Positions 35,931 to 47,179 of a stretch of 64,000 nt of DNA are shown here, one piece after another. Positions within the stretch are counted from its first letter, which is position 1, and each line of letters starts with the position of its first letter. This DNA is from Octopus sinensis. Its lineage: Eukaryota. Position numbers and translations under genes: made by a program. The stretch lies in assembly GCF_006345805.1 (NCBI RefSeq), contig NC_043015.1, positions 9,610,001-9,674,000 on the forward strand. Reading direction: 5' to 3'. The notes under the pieces are model-generated. The model saw only the letters and a list, made by a program, of their open reading frames with translations. It had not been told where the DNA came from and did no database searches.

Positions 35931-38900
35931 TTCTATTTCCACGCAAGAGAAATATAGGAGAATTTGGGTTTGAAAATGCACCTCAATTTGAAAAACTTGT
36001 AATTGCTTTTAAATAAATTTATTTACATACCACAAGCGACAAAAAATTGTAAGCAACGGAAAACCGAATCACACGCAAGAGATAGAAATGTAACAAAGCC
36101 CATTTTATATATTCTCTTTTCTTACTTTTCTCTGTCTGAAATCAGTATGATCGAAATTTTGGTGATTCGCATTTTTCACAGATACATTTTTCATACTATT
36201 TAATTTTGTTAACATCTAATTATTTAAACATGTTTTCTACTTCGCAAATTTTAATCTTTAAGATCCGACACGTTTATACCATTGATAAATAAAAAAAAAG
36301 AACTGTTGAAACTAGTTGGGTATGTCTGTAAATAAATTTATCTAAAAACAATTACAAGTTTTTCAAATTCAGGTGGATTTTCAAAAAAGAAGCGCTGAGA
36401 TGTATTGAAATATACAGATACGGAATATATTTTAGTCTCAAAAGCAGCCATGAGACTTGAACTTCCATCGCTATGATTACCGGTCATAGTGCTAGAGAAT
36501 TTGTTAGTGGACAGTTTAGCTTCAAGTTAAAGTAATGTGGTTGGTAATCACAACGATTTGAGTTCGAGTCTCATGTCTGGCAGCTGACGATTTTTTTCTG
36601 CAATATAAGGATGTTATATCCTATTTATGGTATCAATAGTTATTATTATGCCTTTGCGAGTAAGATATATTCCATATATGTATATATTTGTGTATGTTTG
36701 TGTGTGCGTGTATGTGTGTGTGTGTGTGTGTGTGTATACATAATTTAACATCTGTCCGTAGATTAAATAAAAAGTAGTAGAAAAACTGAGGAGTATCCGA
36801 ATTCATTTGAGAAAATTCTTTGGAATTCGTTCTAATGTGACATCTGCGTAAGTTGGATTTAAACATAAATGTACTGTATATGCATGTGGACAACAAGAAA
36901 GGTAGCAGCAACAAAAACATCAATAACTAATGCAACACGAAATATAAACAGAAATTAACAAAGACAACGACGATGAATTGTTGGCAGTGACTCAATAGGC
37001 AGGTACATTCATAAGTATGCCAGCGAAGTCAACAAAATATCTCTCGATATATTAAAAGCAAAATGACATAGCTCCCAGTCATTCGACCGACTTTTAAACC
37101 TGAATGTAAACAGAGCTGAATCTTGCAGTCTCACCAAAAGTTTTTGAGGAAAATTTCTGGTGCAGTAAAACGGAAACACAAGTTTTGATGGTGTCATAAG
37201 TCACTCCAATTTCATGTCCACCAAATGACTAACTTACCTCTGTTTCTGCCCCATTTTCCCATCAACATAATAGTTCTCAAACTAGAGTGTATAATTTTAT
37301 ATAAACCGCAATTGCATTGGAGTAGGAACACATCAAACAGCTATCGCATCTAAATAAACACCATTGCCGATTGCAGGATATGTTTATCTATTACTTATGG
37401 TTGTCCAATATGTTAAAAGTAGCGAAGTTTAAATCATGAGTGTGATTGTCTAAACTGACTGTTTCAGATAACTTCAGGTTCCCGTAGGATAATGCCAGAA
37501 CTTTACTGGTTGCCATCGTTTTGCACATCATCTAGACCATCGACGAACGGTGATCGTGTGTAGCCTGAGCCCTCGGAAGACCATAGGATTATATCGGATA
37601 TTCAAAATGATGGGCTACACGCATCATAGATTTGTAATTTTTACGGTTGAATTAGATAGGTTGAAAGATCACACGAGTTAATTAGACGGCAGCTATCGTG
37701 ATATATCGTCAACAACAGATAGTGTCTATGGAATCTAATAAAACTATTGTGACTGGAAAGTCTAGGCTAGAGGCGGATCTAATTAGGAACGTATGGAATC
37801 TTTTAGGAAAGGCTTTGTGACCGAGATATTCACGGTGATATTGGTCCTGAACCAATTCTTAAACAACAAGAATAAAGTTTTGATGACGCATGTGCTCCGC
37901 GAATAAAAAAAATGAAAGATATTCCATAGATTCAGGTGGCATCATCTTAACATAGGAAGAAACCCAGAATATGCTGGTTTACACACCTGGGTAGGAGTTT
38001 GATACTTGATTCAAAGCAGTCGTTTGCGCTGTTTTAACAAGACTTCCGCCAAATATTCGAAGAGTTAGTCTTCCGTCTATGATATTTATCACAACTGCCG
38101 ACATCAACGGCTGGCAGCGGCTGTTAAACTGTTAACAACCATATGTAGCTATTGAACAAGATATCGTTTTACCCCCGAAATTGTGCCTTGCCAGAATGTA
38201 TGCATCAAATTGGACTCATGTCAAGGTAATTTATTGGATGTATCAAGATGATTCATCGCAACGTGGACTCAATCTGGAACACTCAATCACATGTAGTTCA
38301 TTGTGATTTTGTGTTTATCGTACCATTCACCCATTAGAAGTTATCTTACCAAAGAGTTCAGTATAAAATTTAAACCCATATAAGAGGTCATTATTACTTG
38401 TGATGACCCGAAAACACTCAAATGGCATTTGTACTCATTGTATTCATCAAACATGTACTTCTTTCAAATCTATATGTACACTCATATTTAATATTTTATT
38501 TTGATTAAACGTGTTAAATCATATTGTCATATTATCGTGTATTGCCATATTGTTCAGAATAGCCTAAAGTTTGCTGGTATTTACTATACGCATATGCTAC
38601 TAGGACGATGCCAAATTCACATTATTCTTACATGTATATGACAGTAAGCATATCGCTTGCATACTACCGAACGATGTTTCTGGCAATGAATCGAGCAAAT
38701 TGTCAATTGATACAAATTTCCTTTTTAATAGTTCTTTCCTTTGCATACTTCGCTTTTTTATCAAGACATATTTTGCACGAATATATCCACGTAATTTTTT
38801 TAACATTCAACCAAACCATGGAACGTTCGTCCACTTTACACTTTCTTTGGCTTTTACACTCGTCTTTACTTTATCGCTTAAATTTATCTTTCCTTCATTT

Positions 38901-41155
38901 TCCCCACATTACATTCTTTAAAATTTTCATCACGTCATCACACCTTCGTTCTATCTCCTGTATTTTCTTTACGTGTATATCGACCTCCCTTTCATCCTCT
39001 TGAACATCAATATCACAGGTATTTTTCTGGTTAATCTACTGGTTCCATTTTTCCTTTCTTTCTCCCGATCTACCCTCCATGTTGAACTTTATCAATGCAT
39101 ATGGTATTGAAAGATATGTATTTACTTGGATAGCCCCGACGTTTGAAAAATACACCATTCATAATGATAGATAAAACATTAGACATTATTCCATGTAAGG
39201 ATACAGCATTGTAATAGTGGAAGTGTGCCAAGCATAAATAAAACGCTTGTATTCAAAACCCTGCTGAGTCAGAGATAGACATGAAGTGAGAAATACATGC
39301 ATATGAGAAAATGAGCGAAATATATTGGACATAAAAAATATTCACTTTCTAAAACGAAGTATAAGGTGCAAACGTATATACTAAAGTACAAAAAATAGAA
39401 TATGGCATAATCGCAACAGGATTACATATAAACTGATTTATTTTCGATCAAATTGAATCCGATGTTACGTATTAAAATTATAAACAGCGTATGTTTATAC
39501 GCTAAACTGTGTTCTGTTTTGTATTGTGGTTAAGCAAATGCGACATTGTTCTGCCAATTACGATGCCTTAATTATGAATAAAACGAGGTAGTACTCCTGT
39601 GGTAGCGTTATCTAATTCGAAATATCGTGTCAACGCCATAAAAAGTAAAACGCCCATTGCGTCGTGCATACGGAACTAAAGGCTTGCCAGGATTTTATTA
39701 TAATCGATCATAGAGATTACGTTCTTTTTTTCTTTGTGTAAACAAAAATGCGCAGGGTGATTGTTAAAAGAAAAATTGAGGTCAATTGATGAAATATGTA
39801 TTTTAATTTATTTTCTTTGTTTTGCAAATATAAATAGGTATGAATATCAACTAAACAATTACTTATATTTAATAACATTTCAGCCCATTATTGTATCTAG
39901 AATCTCGGAAAATAACTACACTATCACAAAAACAGGAGAAAAACAACAAAGGGAAAAGAGAAATAAAAGAGAAACGTTGAAATAAAATGAATAATTTAAT
40001 GAAAGAATATCCGTAAAAAAGGAAAAAAACTTTACCCATATAAGAAAAAATAATAGCGCATTTTAAATTGCATCGAATATTTTGAGACATTATTCCCTAT
40101 AACTTTATATTGTCTTCAGAACTGTTACAGTTTAATGAGAATTTCTTTCAATATATATTATTTCTCTTGTGTTTCTCATTCTCTACTTAGATTCAACCGA
40201 CAAATGAACATAAATTTGACAGTTATTTAAAGGAACAATATTTGTTTATATTTCTGTAATTATTTCCATTCTTGCTGTTATATTGTCCATGACATTTACT
40301 TAGTTTCTATTTTCAAATTTAAAGCAATTTGTCTGTAAATCTTTGCATATTGCTCATTTAAATTGCATATATTTGTATCACCCATCATGTTTTTGAAGGA
40401 CATTTTGTGAGAAATATATTTAAAATTTCAGTATACGTGGAACATTATCATGCTGGAGTCTTATGCATCTCCGAAAGTACTCTATTTCTGTTTCACTATT
40501 TCTGTCAACCGCATTACAGATATATGTGTGTATAGAAACATACATACTTGTATGGGCGCAGACACACATGTGTCGACACAGACACACGGACATATGAAGA
40601 TATAGATACACATCATACGCATACAAGCACGCATAAAATATTGTAAGTATGACTGAATAGACACGCATGTACACATGCCACATAAATTATTTGTATTACA
40701 ATAATACCAAGGTGTTAATCTTTTTATAGACTATATACAAACAGAAGAAAACAAGGAAATAGAAGAGTGAATCTGTGTGAACATTCCACACACACACAGT
40801 TTAATAATTTGTGCAAACCAATGTGAGGTTATTGTTGGAATGGATAATAGTGCGACTATTGTAAGAAGGATAGGATGGGTTCGTATGTAATGTGAATGGA
40901 ATGATTAGATTGTCATATTTCGTAGCTACATACACCTAGAAGACAGGTGAATAATGTTGATATAAGAGAAATGACGGACAAACATATATATTTATATGCG
41001 TTACTAGGGACACATAAATATGAGATGTATGGAGATATGAATAGGAAAAACTGGCAACTCTCTGGATGAACAAGAAGTGGTCAACGAATATATAAATGTA
41101 ATGGACGGACAAATTTATAAAGAACTGCTTTGCTAGATAGAGATATGCAGAAATA

Positions 41156-42085
41156 TGAAGAAAGGCTGAAGAGTTCAAAGGCTGACTATGAAAGATTGAT
41201 ACTAGAGCTGTGAAATCTTGCAGGTATTAATTTTAACCCACTTTACAACTGTTTTGATTCTTTCGAAGTGAACTGTCATATGACTATTAAAATAACCCTT
41301 CAAAAGTAACTACTAGCGACATGTCATGGGCATGGGCAAATTTTGAAATCAAGGCGTTATCAAGCACGTACAGAAAGCAGAGGTTAGTACTCAATGATGT
41401 TCATGCTGACATGAGTTCTATAGTAGATGATGACGCTCCAACGTCGACAGTGCAACGGAGGACCACTGAATTTAAAGAAGAAGAGAGTGGCTTGCATATG
41501 CACCAAGAATTGGACTTCCAGCAGATGCTGCCACAAAAATAATGCGATTGGCTACTACCATATCCCGTAAGAGATTTTAGAATATTTTGCACAATGAAAG
41601 TGACATGACGAAAGTTATTTCTCGCTGGGTACCATATCTTCTAATGCCTGGTCAAAATCGGCCCACAGCAATCACCTAGTGGGACACGCATTGTCCAAAT
41701 TTTTCGGGGTGGTTACGATAGGCTACAACAATGAAACTCTCAGGAAAACTTATGAAAATAGTCTTGTTTCACCGAGAAAATGCCCCAGCACAAATATCCT
41801 TTGTTTCAAACACAAATATCCTTGCTGTGTATGACTGCGGCTTAGAATTGGCTAATTACACACCCTATACTCCCGAATTATTCCATCTATAATCTGTTCT
41901 CGAACATGTGATCAGGATATCGTATCTGCTGTTGATGACTATATTTGCCTATTGGATCCAAGCACTCCAACACCGATGACACAAATGTGTTGACCTCCAG
42001 GAGATATAAGTTGAAAATGAACCACATTTGTTCAGATTTTCTCAGATTATACTGGTTAGCCTATGATCTTTTCAGCCGGCTCTGG
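41156..42085 (+). mobile_element. Internally deleted mariner (DD34D-type) element with both TIRs and TA flanks
   Basis: TIR cores 41164-41186 and 42055-42077 match at 19/23, with TA at 41154-41155 and 42086-42087. Motifs: DVHADM..DDAP..STVQ, ILHNE..MTKV.SRWVP.LL, LFHRENAPA, GIQALQHR..KCVDL.G. Confidence 0.8.
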
Positions 42086-42959
42086 TATAAAGACGTTAAT
42101 AAGTAAATGTGGGGCGAAGAACAGTGGCTCTAAATCAGTATAAAATAAACAAGTATGGTAACCCTATGAGTTGCATATATGTTACTCATTGCATTGCTTC
42201 AAATACCGATCATGTTTTAAGTATGTATATATGTGGAGAGTGTAAGAAACGAATGGCGTAGTTATGTCACATTATTTCCTCAGGAACTTATGGAGTTAAT
42301 CATTATTTCTATAAAAGAAACTAATGTCGACAAAATATTTTCAAAATAGCAAAACACATACCTACGCTACTAGATTGGTTTCGGTACATGTTACATTGAA
42401 ACTATATTTCAAAGTGTGACTTCTGGAAAATCAAATAACCAAATTTGATTACCTTACAATATGTAATTCTCTACATATTAGTATGAAACGTGAATGCTGC
42501 GAGGAACAATAGGGAATAGCCATACTAAACCTTGGTCAAATACAATTGCAAAAAGTATTTGTGTGGTCATTTGCTCTGTTATCTGACAGACTGACTCTCA
42601 TATTCCTGAGAAAATAAAAGCGCAGATTGATATGTATTTATAGATACAGACTGTTAACAGGAAACCAAAGAGTTCCTTATTGATTAGGAGTGAGTAACAC
42701 AGGGATATACGTTTAATGTAATGTACAGATATTGCAGCAGTTTATAAGGTTCGTTTCTAGTCCAGTGTAGATATTTTCAAACAAACCTTGGAAATTTGTA
42801 CTCGCTCATTCTAAGCTCTAAACTTGAATGAACAATTGGAAATTATTGGCAAATGGTAGTGAGAAATGTTTGCAGGAAAATGTTTATGCAAGTGAATATA
42901 TTTATATATATATGCAAGTGCGTGTGTGTGTGTGCGTGTTTTTTTATGAGATCAAAACA

Positions 42960-42995
<36 letters not shown>

Positions 42996-43583
42996 TGAGA
43001 CCAAGAGAGACATGTTTTGTGTGTGTCCCCGTGTGATTGCTTGCATATCACATGCACGCACACATATCACACATATACGTGTATATTAACAAAGACACCG
43101 AACTGCGTATGCACCTGCTTGTGTGTTTCAATCAATATTTTGAATGTATCCGGTACACACCGCAGATGCTCATATTAAAGTGTTTTCTCAAAAGGTAAAC
43201 AAGCACGTCGATATTTCCTGATGTATACCGTACTCATGCAATTCAAGTATACACAGAGATCAATCGTGGTATGAAACAGAAAATAAAGAACAGAAAAAAA
43301 AAAAAAAAGTATTTTCATATATTCCTCAAGTATTAATATGTCCATTGAACTTCCAAATATTAAACTCCCGCAAAAAAAAAAAAAAATAATAATTTCACCA
43401 TTTTACGGAAACTGATTCGGGAGCAAGAATAGCACTATGCCTAACTCAGTAGAAATGTTTTATGTGGTCATTTGCCCTAATAAGGCAATCAACGGAATCA
43501 CAGTATGACTGGCAATATTCCCTAGAGAATAAAACAGTATCTAAACTGCGTTTATAAAAATATATATATAAATATAAATATAA

Positions 43584-43636
<53 letters not shown>

Positions 43637-43654
43637 ATATATATTATATATATA

Positions 43655-43712
<58 letters not shown>

Positions 43713-43713
43713 C

Positions 43714-43997
43714 AATATGTTACATTGCTCGGTAGTCAAGATAAAACTCTGCGTTTCAGATGCTGAAGTGGAAATCCACAACACCATCTCTTCGGTTATC
43801 TGGCTATTTGAAAACGTTATGAAATAACGTTTGAAATAGCCAGATTACCGAAGAGATGTTGTGGATTTCCACTCGGCATCTGAAACTCAGAGTTTTATCT
43901 TGACTACCGAGTAATGTAACATATTCTTTAGATAAATTTCCTCTATTTACATAATATTGAGGTCTCTTTCTTTCTTTTGTTATCTTACCGTTTTATC

Positions 43998-44000
<3 letters not shown>
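43714..44000. mobile_element. Fold-back PLE-type terminal repeat: ~105-bp inverted arms with a 5-nt loop, between (TA)n tracts
   Basis: 43714-43819 is the near reverse complement of 43825-43925. Each arm holds a variant hammerhead (core CCGAAGA). Confidence 0.85.
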
Positions 44001-44041
<41 letters not shown>

Positions 44042-44186
44042 TGTAGGTATGTGCATGGAAACATACATATTATGCGTGTGTGCGCGCGCTGTGTATATAT
44101 GTGTGTACACTCACACATACGCATATATATAACATACATATATATATTTATATGTATAATATATATATATGTGTATATATTATATA

Positions 44187-44228
<42 letters not shown>

Positions 44229-45243
44229 ATATATGTATTTTATATCATATATGCATGTGTATATACATGTATATATGTAAAGTTAAGATCCAAGGATCGA
44301 GGTGTAGGAAGGTAAAAGTCTTCGAATAATCCGTAGTAGTAATAAAACTACATTCAGGAACAATTGTGCTTTATTGACGTAAAGGTTTATAATTTTTTTT
44401 TTCTATATCGAAGTTCGATAAGCAGAAAAAATGTTTTATACCTTACGCTTAGCAGCTGGGGTCGCTCTATATGGGAATAAAAGTCCAAAATTAGGGAATG
44501 CAATAGCTAAAATCCAAGCTACTTGTGTTTCATAGCTAGCAGAACGTCGGAAGTAACAATTACCCATCTATATTTTTGTTTATAGTATACTGTAAGGATT
44601 CAGAAGTTATTTTCCAACTGTCTAACCTAAATGTCCACGTAGCAATGAAATATAAGTATGTGTAATGTAGTGTTTCCATGCAGCTGGAATCCAGAAAATC
44701 CCATCGATGATATTTCATGAAGAGTATATAAACCATAAAATGTTAGTTGGTATGAGAGGTTGATATTTGTATATAAACGCGACATCTGTATGAAAACGAC
44801 AACTTGGCATCCATTTTCATGTAATAATAATTGTGTAAACATTTGTGCTTACATATTCACAATAATATGTATGCTCTTCATTTTACAATACAGTTGTATG
44901 CTCACAAGTCGATGCAAGCAAAGAAAATTAACATATCAGAGTACACGAACGTCAAGGCTCCATTAGCGATTTAAATCAAAGTATAATTTACTTTTATATA
45001 TACAAAGGAAGACCAGAACATGAAAACATTGGCCTTGTTTCGGTACATATATAGAAATTCAACGAATTCAGTATTATTAATGTTAAAGAAAATGGGGAAT
45101 ACAAAGAGGGAGTAAAGTAAGGTGCATAAGGATGCGAATTAACCGTCCTTTTTCTTTCCTGTCCGTCATTTTATTGTCGTCTATGGGGTTCTTGCTCAAT
45201 TTATTGGATTTATATATATATATATATATATAATATATATATT

Positions 45244-46968
45244 TTAAGGTATGTAGAAAAATACAACATGGACAAGAACGTATAACTCATAGAAGACGAT
45301 ACAATAAACATGGACAGGACATTCGAACCCCTCAGTCTTCAGTCAAGAACCGGATCATCGTAGTATTTTCGGCTGATTAATCTTGAGATTACTAGATCAC
45401 GGCCAGCCCTCCAAAAAAACTAAGCTGGAAGCGTAGATTTCCTGGAAGAAGGATCGAATGCATACGAACACCAGGACAGCAAAAGGGACAGATATAAAAA
45501 AAAACAAAAACAATAATGGAATACAGAAACATGAAATACAGAAGCATTAACGGTGAAAACAACAAGTGTCTTACGACTGATAACAAGCAAACAAATTATT
45601 CTCTGGCGCATTGGAAAAAGCCTTTATAGCGGCGGACGACAAACAACGATGTTACACGACGAGGGTCAGGAGCTGAAAGGCAGATTTCGGCCAACAGTCA
45701 CGTGACAGAGAAGAGGGAAAAGAAAAGAAAGAGAAGCCAAGGAAGAGAGAGAGAGAGAAAAGGGGGACAAAACGCAACAAAGAGAGAGAAGAAGAGAAAG
45801 AAGGAATCAGAGAGGAGAAGGGATGGGTGTCGAAGAATGACCTGTGAGTGCAGAGCGAGACAAAGAAATAGGAGGGTAGTGGAAGACTAGACCAAAGGAT
45901 CAGAGGAAAGAGAAGATGAATAGAGAGAAAGTAAAAATGAGAGAGAGAGAGAGACAAACAGAGAGTCGTACCAATTATTAAGAATATGTGTTCACATTAA
46001 TGATAAAGGGGGTACGGGGCGCCTGGAATATATGTTAAGGTATGTAGAAAAATACAACATGGACAAGAACGTATAACTCATAGAAGACGATACAATAACA
46101 TGGACAGGACATTCGAACCCCTCTGTCTTCAGTCAAGAACCGGATCATCGTAGTAATTTCGGCTGATTAATCTTGAGATTACTAGATCACGGCCAGCCCT
46201 CCAAAAAAAACTAAGCTGGAAGCGTAGATTTCCTGGAAGAAGGATCGAATGCATACGAACACCAGGACAGCAAAAGGGACAGATATAAAAAAAAAAAAAA
46301 AACAATAATGGAATACAGAAACATGAAATACAGAAGCATTAACGGTGAAAACAACAAGTGTCTTACGACTGATAACAAGCAAACAAATTTTTCTCTGGCG
46401 CATTGGAAAAGCCTTTATAGCGGCGGACGACAAACAACGATGTAACACGACGAGGGTCAGGAGCTGAAAGGCAGATTTCGGCCAACAGTCACGTGACAGA
46501 GAAGAGGGAAAAGAAAGAAAAAAGAGAAGCAAAGGAGAGAGAGAGAGAAAAGGGGGACAAAACGCAACAAAGAGAGAGAAGAGAGAGAAAGAAGGAATCA
46601 GAGAGGAGAAGGGATGGGTGTCGAAGAATGACCTGTGAGTGCAGAGCGAGACAAAGGAATAGGAGGGTAGTGGAAGACTAGACCAAGGATCAGAGGAAAG
46701 AGAAGATGAATAGAGAGAAAGTAAAAATGAGAGAGACAGAGAGACAAACAGAGAGTCGTACCAATTATTAAGAATATGTGTTTTTACATTGATAAAGGGG
46801 GTACGGGGCGCCTGGAATATATGTTAAGGTATGTAGAAAAATACAACATGGACAAGAACGTATAACTCATAGAAGACGATACAATAAACATGGACAGGAC
46901 ATTCGAACCCCTCAGTCTTCAGTCAAGAACCGGATCATCGTAGTATTTCGGCTGATTAATCTTGAGAT
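45244..46968 (-). mobile_element. Non-coding tandem element: two ~790-bp units plus a ~142-bp partial unit, between (TA)n tracts (retrozyme-like)
   Basis: aaggtatgtagaaaaatacaacatgg starts at 45246, 46037 and 46826 (periods 791 and 789). There is no recognisable protein; it has a purine-rich block and a ribozyme-like motif once per unit. Confidence 0.9.
46122..46198 (-). ncRNA. Candidate topologically permuted (pseudoknotted) hammerhead ribozyme; second copy at 45332-45408
   Basis: Minus-strand order: GGCUG-gccgugauc-UAGUAAU-C-UCAAGA-uuaau-CAGCC-GAA-AUUACUA-cgaugauccggu-UCUUGA-CUGAAGA-C(A/U)GA. See findings. Confidence 0.6.
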
Positions 46969-46989
46969 ATATATATATATATATTATAT

Positions 46990-47022
<33 letters not shown>

Positions 47023-47093
47023 TTATGTATATATATATATATATATAATAATATGTATATATATAAATGCATATTATTATATGTATACACACA

Positions 47094-47125
<32 letters not shown>

Positions 47126-47179
47126 GAATATTCATATATATAAATATACGTGAATATATATATATATATAAACTGAGAT

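Noticed and set aside
41165-41195. CTGAAGA...GAAA resembling a hammerhead
   Set aside because: There are no stems, and the sequence is the left TIR of the mariner element.
46116-46172. Twister-like words (UUAA..GCC..CCGGU..GAGGG) in the tandem-unit motif
   Set aside because: P2, P4 and the T2 pseudoknot do not pair properly. The hammerhead reading explains more bases and matches the array boundary.
45244-46968. Tandem repeats as a CRISPR array or a coding repeat
   Set aside because: The units are ~790 bp with no unique spacers, the context is eukaryotic, and the ORFs are low-complexity products of the GA-rich block.
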